From Eledone cirrhosa (lineage: Eukaryota): a DNA stretch of 64,000 nt. Shown here piece after piece: positions 17,735-30,792 of this stretch. A program made the position numbers and the translations under genes. The stretch is from the NCBI GenBank assembly GCA_964016885.1, contig OZ024748.1, positions 32,302,001-32,366,000 on the forward strand, in the 5' to 3' direction. Position 1 is the first letter of the stretch. Every line of letters starts with the position of its first letter. Below the pieces are notes generated by a model. It did no database searches. It was not told the DNA's origin and worked only from the letters and a program-made list of their open reading frames with translations.

Positions 17735-18840
17735 CAGAATATCTTCAACACTGCCAAAGCAAACCTACCGATCATTGCTCAAAGTAATGAATTAAAAGGC
17801 TTAATCACAGATCGATCTTTGGCTCTTAGTAAAAGACAGCCGAAAAATTTGAAGCAATTACTAACAAAAGCAAAGTTTGACCTTAACAACAAAGACCAAT
17901 CATTCACTGTATCTAAATGCAATGATAGTCGATGCGGCACATGTCAATCCATACACGCCGGTCAATATATGAAAACAAAAACTGGAAAAATATTCCAAAA
18001 TGCAAATATGAACTGCAAAAGCAGAAATCTAATTTACTGAATTAAATGCCCGAATTGTGAAGAACTATATGTCGGTCAAACTGGAAATGCACTATCGGAA
18101 CGTGCACGGGTACACCGTCAACAAATCAGAGACCCAAATGTCCGTCAGATACCCCTAAGCAACCATCTAGCAACATGTGCTCAGGGAATATTTATAATAT
18201 TCCCATTCTACAAATTACACAGCCCAAGTGAAATCAAGAGAAAAATCAAAGAAAAGAATTTTATTGATAAATTCAAACCCAAGCTAAATGAACAATAATA
18301 ACGCTTAGGGGTATTACTTCTACTACCACTATGACTACGACCACTAACAACAACAACAACAACAACAACAATAATAATAATAATAAAAGTGATGTTGATG
18401 GTCATGATTAATAGAAAATGCTATTTTCATCATTTCTAAAAATAGCAAAACAATTGATGCTTTGGATATGATTATTGGTCGTTAGACATGCTCAACCAGC
18501 CGTGACGCTTAAACCAATCAGCTTTAGTAATTCAGTGAAACTACACACTGATTGGTCGAAATACAGTTTACAGGGCTTAGCATTCTGGAGCCACTTTTCT
18601 CTGTATAAAATGTATAAAAGGTAGGAAATTTACCCATCTTATTGCAGTTGAAAATTGCAAACCTGACTGTCATCACATATTATGAACCTGAAGATTGCGA
18701 AAGCATGAAAGTACTTGTTCAATTAACACTTAGAATTTAATATTCTATCATACTATTTCATTATAATACCATTATATATTTTAAAGGATTGTAAATAAAA
18801 CGAGTAAATCAGACAAAGTTGGAATTCCTCTTATTAATAT
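17735..18840 (+). mobile_element. PLE (Neptune-like) 3' end: linker + GIY-YIG (open to 18298 except TGA 18038-18040) + 3' UTR
   Basis: RQPKNLKQLL, CNDSRCGTC, NLIY*IKCPNCEELYVGQTG, PLSNH, KPKLN. Confidence 0.9.
18683..18721 (+). ncRNA. minimal type-I hammerhead ribozyme
   Basis: TGAAC-CTGAAGA-T TGC GAAA GCA T-GAAA-GTAC-TT-GTTCA, with palindromic GTAC. Confidence 0.85.
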
Positions 18841-19266
18841 ATATGTATATATATGTATATATATATATGTGCATGTATATATGTATGTAAGTATGAGCAT
18901 GTAAGTATGTGTATGTGAGTATATGTATTTTGTAGAGGTGTGCATATATGTTTGTGTGTAAATGCGTGGGCGAAAGGATACGTACACTTGAAAGAAAAAT
19001 TTAAGTCTGAATGTTAATTAAGTGCAAACACAAAACCAACCATGCATATCTATACTATCTCTAATACTTCTATAGATTTAGAAGAATAACCAACGACAAA
19101 TAATATATTCTATAAAAATGTCAAAACAACAGACGGGAATCTAATTACTCACTGCCACCAAAAATTCTCGCTGCTATCAAAAAACCACTCCCTTAACTAT
19201 TCTTCTAACAACTTCACCCCTCCCTCCTAATATTCTCTATAAAAACCAAACAGGTTCTCAATAAAA

Positions 19267-19387
19267 TTATTCTGATGAAATGACAGTAGATAATAACATT
19301 GAAATATTGAATGTCTGCATAACTAATACTTTGTAGATAGCAGCTGTTTTCAGGTTATGTAACTGTTATTGAAACACGTGTCAATAA
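19267..19387 (+). ncRNA. type-I hammerhead ribozyme with ~92-nt extended stem II
   Basis: TTATT-CTGATGA-AATGACAGT...ACTGTTATT-GAAA-CACGTG-TC-AATAA. Internal helix TGCATAAC/GTTATGTA. Confidence 0.85.
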
Positions 19388-19421
19388 ATTCCTTTTAACT
19401 GAACTGTATCCATTTAAATCC

Positions 19422-19509
<88 letters not shown>

Positions 19510-19765
19510 GAAAGGTATAGAAAACACTGCAGCGAAAAGCGAACAGCATTCCATAATATATAAGTGACTATAGCGTCAAAATGGGAAAAATAGTTAACCT
19601 AAGATGTGGGAAAAATAATTTAAACTCATCTCAAAGAGAATCAGAATATAAATTCATCCACAGAATTTAGTGAAATCCAGGGGAAAATCAATAGAGCCTT
19701 AACTCACGATAAAATAATGTTCAAAATACTTATCCTCCAACGGTGACTATATATATATATATATA

Positions 19766-22122
19766 TCGAGCTGGTCCTCACCCTCAATTGTTTCTCCTTC
19801 TCGGGTGAGTTTTACCAACAGGTCACGGGGGTAGCCATGGGTACAAGAATGGGCCCGAACTATGCCGACCTTTTTGTTGGCCATGTTGAGGCCCAAATCT
19901 TTGCCCAGTACACCGGCCCCACGCCCGAACTGTACGGTCGTTACATTGGCGACTGTATCGGAGCCACGACCCTCACCCGAGAACAGCTCGACTCCTTTCT
20001 CTCCTTCTTCTGCTCCTTCCACCCCTCCCTCCACTTCACCACCTCTATCTTCACCACCCACGTCCACTTCTTAGACATCTCCGTCGCCTTCAACCCCTCC
20101 CACCACTCCCTCGTCACCTCCGCCTTCTTCAAACCCACCGACTCCCACTCTTACCTCGACTTCATCTCTTCCCACCCCACCCACACTAAACACTCCATTC
20201 CCTACAACCAACTCCTCAGGATCCGCCGCCTCTGTAGCCGAGATGCTGACTTCGAGTCCCAGGCCCTTTCCCTAGTCAGCCATTTCATCCGCAGAGGTTA
20301 CCCCCCTCTCTCGTCCACACCGCTCTCACCCGCGCCCGTGCTATCCACCGCTCCACCACCCTCACCCCACCGCACACCCACCCACCGTCTCCCCTTTCCC
20401 ATCACCTACCACCCCTCCACCTTACCCCTCCACCGCACCATCCGCCGCCTCTTCCGACGCCTCCAGTCCGACCCCTCCATCTCCCACATCTTCCCAACCC
20501 CACCACTCCCCTCCTTCAAACGCGCACGCAATCTCCGCAATCTCCTCGTCCGCAGCTCCCTACCCCCAACCCACGCTCTTCCCCCCCGGTTCCTTTCCCT
20601 GTTCTAGGCCCCGCTGCAACACCTGTCCCCACATCACCAACACCACCACCTTCCAGGGTCCCAACGGCCACTCACTCTCTGTCCGGCATGCCTTCCGCTG
20701 CACCTCCTCCAACCTAGTCTACGGACTTACGTCGGACAGACGGGACGTTGCCTGGCGGACCGATTCACTGAGCACCTCCGGCATATTCGTCTCGGTGGTA
20801 GTTCCCCCATCGCCCGCCACTTTGGTGCCCCTGGACATTCCGCACGCCATCTCACAGTCTGTGGCCTACTCCAATGCTACGGAACACCCGCCAATCTCCT
20901 CAGAGTCGAACAAAGAACCATCTTCATCTTACAGACCCACACTCCCCCCGGCCTGAACTCCCCACCCTTATTCCTTTAGCCACTAACACCCCCTTCATCA
21001 AACTACACACACACCAGTACACCACACTCCCTCCATCGACCCCCACACCCTTCTCTCCCCGCTCCACCCACACCCTTTCTCCACACTCACTCATCCCACT
21101 AACACCTCTACTAATACACACACACACACCCTCCTCACTCCAACTTTCACACCTACCCATCCTCGCCCCTTTACCATTCCACCCGACTGCTGCTATGCCC
21201 TCTGACCACCTCCCAGCACAAATAGACACACAGCACTCCCACCGCCTTGACCACTTCCTGTTGCGCGCGCACCCCACATCTCTCCTCTTCCGACCATCTC
21301 TTCATGGAATACTCGTATGTGGAACTTGACCACCGTGGAATCTACTAACATCATAGGAGTTTACCAACATTTCAACCACATCCTCTTACGGAATCACCTA
21401 TATAAGTCACCCACACACACACCCCAAAAAAAATTTTTTCTCCCACACGCCACCTACACCCACAACACGCTTAAACCCCACACACACGTGCTTTCCACCA
21501 CATTTGCACCTTCAGCCTCCGGATTCCTCTCCTCCCACCCCTCTATCCACACACGCCCAGACACTCCGACCTACACCCCACCCCACACACACCTCTTCCT
21601 GAACATGCAACCCCGTTCTTCCCCCAACCCTTGCTTTCACATACACACACACACACGTACACCTACACACACACACACACACACGCACGTACACCTACAC
21701 ACACACACCAACTTCAGCCCTCCCCGCTCGGACACCCCATCTCCCTCTCCCCACTCCACCCGCCAACACCCCTACACACCCCACACCCTTCCACCACCTG
21801 TTTTACTCCTTTTTAATTTAAGTTTATTTTGATCATGCTTTTATATTTATTTTTATTTCATTTCATTTTATTTTGATCATGCTTAATTTTTATTTTTATT
21901 TTTAATATCATTCGCACCGTTTCCTCCCACCCCGTTTTCGCTATATGTCTCTCCACCACTCCCCTACACACCCTTTGAACTCTCTTCCCACACACTTCTC
22001 ACCTGAGGAAGGGCTTATGCCCGAAACGTCGTTCCCCACCACCACCCCACTCTCCAGAGCGTGAAATTAATAAACATTCGTTGTACTGCCTCTCTGTTTT
22101 GTTCCTGTTCAAATTTTCCATT
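19766..22122 (+). mobile_element. 5'-truncated, C-rich PLE (Neptune-like): RT C-half, GIY-YIG remnant, long 3' UTR with hammerhead
   Basis: GVAMGTRMGPNYADLF, RYIGD (YIDD mutated), FLDI, KPTDSHSYL..SSHP, SIPYNQLLRIRRLCS, NLRNLLV. Then C..C, CTSSNLVY, YVGQT..RFTEH at ~20610-20780. Confidence 0.9.
22001..22032 (+). ncRNA. minimal hammerhead motif (weak stem I)
   Basis: CTGAGGA-A-GGGC TTAT GCCC-GAAA-CG-TC. Confidence 0.6.
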
Positions 22123-22134
22123 ATATATATATAT

Positions 22135-25100
22135 ATGTTTTATATATCTCTCTCGATACCTAATCATTCTATTAACGTGCTCCTTATAGTAGAGCACCAT
22201 ACTTTATTTGCCATTACGATGGAGAATCAACCGTTACCCATGTCTCTCAAATGTATCCCACTACCTAGTAGAGAAACATACTTCAAGCAGCTCATAGACG
22301 CCACTAACTCGTTTATACGGAGAGTAAGATGGAAGGCTTACTACCTCGATAAGGACAACTGCAACCGTCCACAACCTATAGATACGGCTTTAAAACATAC
22401 CGAAAACCACGGCGCAACACCATGCTGGACCGCTTTGAGGAAGACCTACTAAAACTGATCAAAAACATCAAGTTTAAGAGTAAACGCCAAGGCAGGAATC
22501 CATCACTGGATGCACTCATTACCAGAATCAAGAAGGACCCACACCTCTTCGTTAGCTCTGACAAAACCAAGAAGCTGTATAAGATGGACGTGAGCAACTA
22601 CAAACATTTCATTTATAAGGAACTACATAAAAACTATAAGAAAACACCAACTAGCACTTTAAATGACATAAATAGGGTAGGGAAGGACATAGTTACTAGC
22701 CTTGACATAGATAAGTACACCAACCCATATGTCCCTATGACACCTAGATTCTCTCTTAAGGATCACAAATGTAACTTTAATGAAAACCCCTCTATTAGAC
22801 TTATATGCCCATCTACTTCGGATATAGGTAAAATTAGTAAAGTGATCCTAGATAGAGTACTACTAGAACTTAATACTAAAGCTAAGGGCTGTCTCTGGAG
22901 CAGCACCGACCAGGTCATTAATTGGTTCACGGTGTTACCTGATAAAACAACTCTCAAGTTCATACAGTTTGACATAGATGGCTACTATGCATCAATCTCC
23001 CCCATACACCTAAATAAAGCGCTTATCCTAGCTAAGTCTAATACTAGCCTCACTAGGAAAGAGATAGATATTGGGCTCGCAGCGCGTAGAACTATTATCA
23101 AGTTTGATGGCTTCTACTGGACCAGAACCAACCGTCCTGATAACTTTGATATCACGATGGGGTCCAGCGACTCGGCGCAAGTAACCGACCTGGTCGGGAT
23201 ATATGCATCTCCTCCATAGAATTAGGGACGAGATACCGGCCCTACAGGGCGGAATATATAGGGACGATGCCCTGTTTACCGTGCGAAGCCACAGCCCCCG
23301 CAAGATAGAGAACCTTAACAAGCGGATACACAGATTCTTTAAGACATATGGCCTATCAGTGACCATGGACTTCAAACACCAAATAGTCAATTTCCTAGAT
23401 GTAACCCTGAAATTGAGTACGGGCCTATACAAGCCATACCATAAGCCCGGTGAGATCCTCTCCTATATAAACTATGCATCTAACCACCCTAAGTCTACCC
23501 TCAACTCCATATCCCATAGGATCTCGAGGCTCTCCGCCAATGAAGATATCTTCAACCAGGCGGCCGAATATTACAATAAGGCTTTACTAAATGCCGGTTT
23601 TAACCGAAAAATATCCTACATCCTTAATGCTAGGTCTAGAAACCAACCCCAACATAGGAATAATGTTATAATGAACCATACCTATAACAGAGCACGCTAC
23701 AGCCATGACAGCGTGAAGAACTATAGTATAGAGAACCACACTAAGAAACTTGGCCACACCGTTAATTACATGAGTGGCGACTAAGACAACCGACAGTATG
23801 GTAAGTGTTATCCCATTGGTAGCGCCACCCGCTGCAGCCTATTAGAGTTATTCCCTAACTATAAGACCAGCAACTGCGGCGGCCTATTACCAACACCCTC
23901 CAACCTGCGTCCAGCCACACATAGAAAGTACAGAGGTAAGGCGCCCCCAACTGAACATAAAGTAATGGGGACGAATAACCGGCTACAGCATAGGAACACT
24001 GTAAGTACTGTCAACTAGGAAGCACAACCTGTAGCAAACCAACTGTAAAGCAGAAACGCCACCGTAATATCATATGGTTCCACCCCCCTACTCTCGGAGT
24101 GTGGCCTCCGACATACCGAGGATATTCTTCGAAGCCTTGGAGAGGAATTTCCCACCTAATAATAAATGAAGAAAAATAATTAACAGGAACAATATCAAAA
24201 TATCCTTCTCTACCACCCCCTATCTAGCTGACATCATAGGAGCAACTAATCACAGTAAGATTAACAAAACACTACACCTTAGCAAAGATACATCTAGACA
24301 TGACAACAACACTAATAACCTTAACATCCCCCTAACAGCAACAAATAAGGTGTATGGCCGTCCCGGGAGACGAAACCTACGTAACCAGGGCGTGATTGGA
24401 GAATATACCGGCGACCCACAGGCGTCACCCACCGGCAGCAGAACGGGCTGCGGCGTACGGAATAATAATGGTACAACACCGCACGCCTCGAGAGATAACA
24501 GTACCAATGACGGAGTTAGAGACATAGATAACAACATAGATAGCAATAGTAATAGCTTTACTTTAGGAACTAGGAGCGACCGTGACGGAAAATGCAAGTG
24601 TCGTGACAGGGGAGGCTGCCCTCTCAGGGGAATCTGCCTGACTGATAAAGTTGTTTATAGGTGCACCGTAACTAGCCATAGCGGAGTTAAACACTATATA
24701 GGAGCCACCTCTGGCCAGTTTAAAACGAGATTTAGAACGCATCTCCACTCTTTCAGGAACCAAAAATTAAGGCACTCCACATCGCTTGCCAACTACGTCA
24801 CCACATTGCAAGACGCCAACATAAGCTTTTCCACACACTGGGATATCGTCAGTAGGGCTGCACCCTACAACTTCAGGGGTAAATGCCAGCTCTGCCTCAT
24901 GGAGCTGTACTACATCATAAGAACACCCCGTGAGCTCTTAAACAGCCGAACAGAATCAGTTATTAATTGTAAACACCGGGTACAGGCGTCGTATTTTGCC
25001 TGGGAGGCGACTGTGACATGAAAACTACGAACTGGGTCCTCCTGCCCGAACCATAATACCCCGGTGGGCACGCAGTATGAACAAACATCTGTGAACCAAA

Positions 25101-25480
25101 TGTACACCGCAGACCATACTCGAACAAACATTAATGAAGCAACATCCACTAAGTAATAAATGGACACTCCAGACCCGACCTGTACTGGCACTAGTGAAAC
25201 AACACACATAACATAAAGATGCTAAACACCAGCATATGAACAGGCATTAAAATCCATATGGGACTGATTGCTTGAACACCAGCCAGAATTACTCCTCCTG
25301 CTCTGTGAGGAAAATGAATGATGATGTTAATTTAACTGTAAATTTCCTCCTGGGTCCTATATTGAACATTATTTTGCTTTCCATGCCCTTGATAATCCCG
25401 CTCAGGGCGAAACGTACGTAGGTGCACAATTATATAAACATGTTTTAACGGTTTTAAACTCTTTGTATTCATTTCCTTTA
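22135..25480 (+). mobile_element. near full-length Hydra-like PLE, multiply frameshifted
   Basis: N-terminal SLKCIPLP..RRVRWKA (from 22219), SDKT, FIQFDIDGYY, DITMGSSD, GGIYRDD, SNHP, CKCRDRGGCPL, HYIGATS, CQLCLME..CKH (to 25021). Decayed HHR at 25385-25425 (GAAA-CGTACG-TA). Confidence 0.92.
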
Positions 25481-25482
25481 TA

Positions 25483-25559
<77 letters not shown>

Positions 25560-25561
<2 letters not shown>

Positions 25562-28277
25562 CGTTTCTGAATTTGTTTAGCAAGATTCTTTATCTGAAAT
25601 CGTGTGTTGAAACCGATATTGTTATACTTTGGGAGGGTCATATTGCCAATAAGAAACACACGCACCAGTTGCTTTCACTTCAATTTATTATATATTTATA
25701 AATTTATAAATTTACAAATTTATAAATTTCTGGTTGGTTGGTTGGTTCCACAACCAGATAGTTGTTTATATATAGTCATAGTTCTTTCGTCACACACTCT
25801 GTGACCTCTTCAGTGACTGGGGATTCCTTTCTTTGTTTCTGTGCCTCTCCTTTGTTCTGTCCTACGCCATTTTGTTTCTGTGTGTGTGTTGTGTGCTCAG
25901 TCTGCGCATGCGCCACATCCGGGTGTCTGTGTGTGTTTATGTTCATTTATCTATTTGTTTATTTACATGTTACTGGTTGGTTGTTTGTTCTATGTGTGTG
26001 TGTGTTTTCATTTTGTCCTTAATTGTAAGTTGTGATGTTGCTGTTCCACTCATATTTTCTATTTAATTTTGGTTGTAATTCTTTTATGTTTATTGCCTCT
26101 GTAATTTGTCTAAACATTGCGCCTTTTCTGTGTGTAGATTCTATTTTTATTTCTATGTTCTCTAATTTACCCTTGTGTTCTATCTTAGCATGTTGGTAGA
26201 GTACAGATGATTCTTTATTATCTTGAAGGTCTCGCCAGTGTTCATTTACCTGTTCCCCTACACTACGAGCTGTCTCACCTATGTACACTATATTGTTGTC
26301 TCTACATTGTCCTTCAGTACATCTTATGCTATACGCTACATTTCTAGTTTTACAGTTAATATGGGGGCTTATTTTACAGGTTACACATTTCTTATCTATA
26401 CATGAGGGTCTTTGAAAAGGGTATGTCTGGCTAATAAGTGTTTTTACGGAGGTACCTGGTCTTTCTACTATCGTAATATTGAGTTTATGTTTATTTAGGG
26501 CCCTTCTAAATTTGTAAGCTAGTTCACCTCTAGGGGTTGTATCGATGAACATTACACTCTGGTATTTATTGCTATCATACCATAAGTTTATTCTATTAGC
26601 CTTGTTCCTAGTTCTTTCTATTCTATTCCAAAATTTGCTCCTATACAAGGGGCAGGTCCCATTTATGTCATTATTTACCATTTTTTCCCATTTGGTTCTG
26701 GCTCCTCTATACACTCTGATTCTATCTCTCTGATTGTAGCCAGAGAACTGCATACGGTGGATGAAGTGTTGTATGTGTCTCTCTAGTTCTTCGGGGTTGC
26801 ACATGCGGGACACATTTCTCATCACACGTACCAAATCCGCAATCAGTATGTTGATTTTGGTATGGTCCGAAATGGCCGAGTTTCGGTGGATCAGATGTTT
26901 GGAAGTCATGGGTTTGGCATAATGGGAATGGAGGATTTGTTTTTTGTTGTTAATGGTATCTAACCAGAGTTCTGTGTCTAGTACAGGTAATCGATGGTTG
27001 GGGTGTTTACTTGGGTAGTCTATAGTAACTCTAATGCTCTGGTGGATGGAGTTTGCTATTTGCTGGATGCTTTCCATTGTGTTTTTCTCTAGTTCCTGAC
27101 TGTTCTCTAGTGGGGGTGTCTTAACTACGATGTTTATATCATCTACGTAGCGGGAGTACATTATCAGGGTTAAGGGGTCTTCTAATTGTTCTTTAAGTTT
27201 AAGTTTAAGTCTACTGTCCCACCATACCATGAATAAGTTAGCTATGTCGCCTGCAATGCTAACACCAATGGCTGCTCCTTCCTCTTGGGCATATGTTTTT
27301 CCATTAAATTTGAACATATGTTCCTTAAGGGTTAGTTTTATGCTGGCCTCTACCGCATGTGCAATCATTTTCTTCAGTTCATCGTGGTTTTCGGGTGTCC
27401 GTATGGCTCTGGTCCACCCGTTCCATCTATCTGTGTGGGTTTTCTTGGCCATTGAGGTAATGGTAGGTGGTCTGCCTCTTGCTGGTCTTGTAGGGCACAG
27501 GTTGCTAAGGTCTTATGTGTCTAGGTAACTATTACTATAGGTAAGCTTAAGTAGGAGTCCCAGCTCACTGGTATCAATCCCACGGAACTTAACCTTGCTC
27601 TCACTGATCATTTCTACGCATTTCTCCACAGCAAAATCCATGCCAAAAGATGGATACAGGGACACAACATCCATACTGCCTATTATGTAGTTTGTTAGGT
27701 CCCCAGATCGGTTACCCACGCCGATTCTGCTGAGGAGGTCCTCCGTGCTGTCACATACATCTGGGGACATTTCAATGATGGGGCGTATGATCAGGGAGAA
27801 GAAGTAGGACAGTCTGTAGTTACTAGCAATGTTAGCTCCACAGGCTGGCCGTGTTGGTGGTCCCGCGACAGGGTCACAGCCCGTTTTATGGTCATTTCGA
27901 AGCCCATACAACGCCGGCACGTCATTGTTCCAGGCCTGGAAGTTGTTGGCGGTCCTTTTGTTGGGCTGCATTATATTCGTCCACATCACCATATGGGCAT
28001 TGAGGGCTTTTTCTCTATCCTCATGCTCCTGTGGTGTTACCTCTCTTGTGTTAGTGATGTGGGGTTGCATTGCCTGGATGTAGTTTGGCAGGCTGTCAAC
28101 CGACATTCTGCCAGACTTGTCTGTTGGAAAGCATGCTATCTCTCCATTACGTGAGCGCTGCATGAGCTTACGCAAGCCATTTGCAGATTTTTCTCCCAGT
28201 TGCTGGGCCTCCATTCTATTATGCTTCTTGCTATACTGTTCTATAATATTTCTAAGTTCGGATCTAGCTATACTAAA
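25560..28277 (-). mobile_element. left (inverted) arm of 5.4-kb fold-back PLE; RT+GIY-YIG split by a stop at 27513
   Basis: ORFs 27513-28286 and 26019-27452 are nearly identical to 28352-30547. Confidence 0.95.
25774..25818 (-). ncRNA. minimal hammerhead ribozyme
   Basis: AGTCA-CTGAAGA-G-GTCACA GAGTG TGTGAC-GAAA-GAAC-TA-TGACT. Confidence 0.8.
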
Positions 28278-28351
28278 CAGAAGCACAATTTAGTATAGTT
28301 AGATCCGAACTTAGAAATATTATAGAACAGTATAGCAAGAAGTATAATAGA

Positions 28352-30547
28352 ATGGAGGCCCAGCAACTGGGAGAAAAATCTGCAAATGGCTTGCGTAAGC
28401 TCATGCAGCGCTCACGTAATGGAGAGATAGCATGCTTTCCAACAGACAAGTCTGGCAGAATGTCGGTTGACAGCCTGCCAAACTACATCCAGGCAATGCA
28501 ACCCCACATCACTAACACAAGAGAGGTAACACCACAGGAGCATGAGGATAGAGAAAAAGCCCTCAATGCCCATATGGTGATGTGGACGAATATAATGCAG
28601 CCCAACAAAAGGACCGCCAACAACTTCCAGGCCTGGAACAATGACGTGCCGGCGTTGTATGGGCTTCGAAAAGACCATAAAACAGGCTGTGACCCTGTCG
28701 CGGGACCACCAACACGGCCAGCCTGTGGAGCTAACATTGCTAGTAACTACAGACTGTCCTACTTCCTCTCCCTGATCATACGCCCCATCATTGAAATGTC
28801 CCCAGATGTATGTGACAGCACGGAGGACCTCCTCAGCAGAATCAGCGTGGGTAACCGATCTGGGGACCTAACAAACTGCATAATAGGCAGTATGGTTGTT
28901 GTGTCCCTGTATCCATCTATTGACGTGGATTTTGCTGTGGAGAAATGCGTAGAAATGATCAGTAAGAGCAAGGTTAAGTTCCGTGGGATTGATACCAGTG
29001 AGCTGGGACTTCTACTTAAGCTTACCTATAGTAATAGTTACCTAGACACATATGACCTTAGCAACCTGTACCCTACAAGACCAGCAAGAGGCAGACCACC
29101 TACCATTACCTCAATGGCCAAGAAAACCCACACAGATAGATGGAACGGGTGGACCAGAGCCATACGGACACCCGAAAACCACGATGAACTGAAGAAAATG
29201 ATTGCACATGCGGTAGGGGCCAGCATAAAACTAACCCTTAAGGAACATATGTTCAAATTTAATGGAAAAACATATGCCCAAGAGGAAGGAGCAGCCATTG
29301 GTGTTAGCATTGCAGGCGACACAGCTAACTTATTCATGGTATGGTGGGACAGTAGACTTAAACTTAAACTTAAAGAACAATTAGAAGACCCCTTAACCCT
29401 GATAATGTACTCCCGCTACGTAGATGATATAAACATCGTAGTTAAGACACCCCCACTAGAGAACAGTCAGGAACTAGAGAAAAACACAATGGAAAGCATC
29501 CAGCAAATAGCAAACTCCATCCACCAGAGCATTAGAGTTACTATAGACTACCCAAGTAAACACCCCAACCATCGATTACCTGTACTAGACACAGAGCTCT
29601 GGTTAGATACCATTAGCAACAAAAAACAAATCCTCCATTCCCATTATGCCAAACCCATGACTTCCAAACATCTGATCCACCGAAACTCGGCCATTTCGGA
29701 CCATACCAAAATCAACATACTGATTGCGGATTTGGTACGGGTGATGAGAAATGTGTCCCGCATGTGCAACCCCGAAGAACTAGAGAGACACATACAACAC
29801 TTCATCCACCGTATGCAGTTCTCTGGCTACAATCAGAGAGATAGAATCAGAGTGTATAGAGGAGCCAGAACCAAATGGGAAAAAATGGTAAATAATGACA
29901 TAAATGGGACCTGCCCCTTGTATAGGAGCAAATTTTGGAATAGAATAGAAAGAACTAGGAACAAGGCTAATAGAATAAACTCATGGTATGATAGCAATAA
30001 ATACCAGAGTGTAATGTTCATCGATACAACCCCTAGAGGTGAACTAGCTTACAAATTTAGAAGGGCCCTAAATAAACATAAACTCAATATTAAGATAGTA
30101 GAAAGACCGGGTACCTCCATAAAAACACTTATTAGCAAGACATACCCTTTTCAAAGACCCTCATGTATAGATAAGAAATGTGTAACCTGTAAAATAAGCC
30201 CCCATATTAACTGTAAAACTAGAAATGTAGTGTATAGCATAAGATGTACTGAAGGACAATGTAGAGACAAAAATATAGTGTACATAGGTGAGATACCTCG
30301 TAGTGTAGGGGAACGGGTAAATGAACACTGGCGAGACCTTCAAGATAATAAAGAATCATCTGTACTCTACCAACATGCTAAGATAGAACACAAGGGTAAA
30401 TTAGAGAACATAGAAATAAAAATAGAATCTACACACAGAAAAGGCGCAATGTTTAGACAAATTACAGAGGCAATAAACATAAAAGAATTACAACTAAAAT
30501 TAAATAGAAAATATGAGTGGAACAGCAACATCACAACTTACAATTAA
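28352..30547 (+). CDS. PLE polyprotein (RT + GIY-YIG), 731 aa, 5'-truncated, RT motif A Asp mutated
   Basis: PTDKSG, LYGLRKDHK, SMVVVSLYPSI, QEEGAAIG, YSRYVDD, LPVLD, CVTC, VVYSIRC..VYIGE, RQITEA, LNRKYEW. Confidence 0.9.
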   Translation: MEAQQLGEKSANGLRKLMQRSRNGEIACFPTDKSGRMSVDSLPNYIQAMQPHITNTREVTPQEHEDREKALNAHMVMWTNIMQPNKRTANNFQAWNNDVPALYGLRKDHKTGCDPVAGPPTRPACGANIASNYRLSYFLSLIIRPIIEMSPDVCDSTEDLLSRISVGNRSGDLTNCIIGSMVVVSLYPSIDVDFAVEKCVEMISKSKVKFRGIDTSELGLLLKLTYSNSYLDTYDLSNLYPTRPARGRPPTITSMAKKTHTDRWNGWTRAIRTPENHDELKKMIAHAVGASIKLTLKEHMFKFNGKTYAQEEGAAIGVSIAGDTANLFMVWWDSRLKLKLKEQLEDPLTLIMYSRYVDDINIVVKTPPLENSQELEKNTMESIQQIANSIHQSIRVTIDYPSKHPNHRLPVLDTELWLDTISNKKQILHSHYAKPMTSKHLIHRNSAISDHTKINILIADLVRVMRNVSRMCNPEELERHIQHFIHRMQFSGYNQRDRIRVYRGARTKWEKMVNNDINGTCPLYRSKFWNRIERTRNKANRINSWYDSNKYQSVMFIDTTPRGELAYKFRRALNKHKLNIKIVERPGTSIKTLISKTYPFQRPSCIDKKCVTCKISPHINCKTRNVVYSIRCTEGQCRDKNIVYIGEIPRSVGERVNEHWRDLQDNKESSVLYQHAKIEHKGKLENIEIKIESTHRKGAMFRQITEAINIKELQLKLNRKYEWNSNITTYN

Positions 30548-30747
30548 GGACAAAATGAAAACACACACACACATAGAACAAACAACCAACCAGTAACATG
30601 TAAATAAACAAATAGATAAATGAACATAAACACACACAGACACCCGGATGTGGCGCATGCGCAGACTGAGCACACAACACACACACAGAAACAAAATGGC
30701 GTAGGACAGAACAAAGGAGAGGCACAGAAACAAAGAAAGGAATCCCC

Positions 30748-30792
30748 AGTCACTGAAGAGGTCACAGAGTGTGTGACGAAAGAACTATGACT
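30748..30792 (+). ncRNA. minimal hammerhead ribozyme
   Basis: Same sequence as 25774-25818, on the plus strand. Confidence 0.8.

Noticed and set aside
20874-21832. Pro/His/Thr-rich ORFs
   Set aside because: Low-complexity C-rich PLE 3' UTR that lacks stop codons because of its composition.
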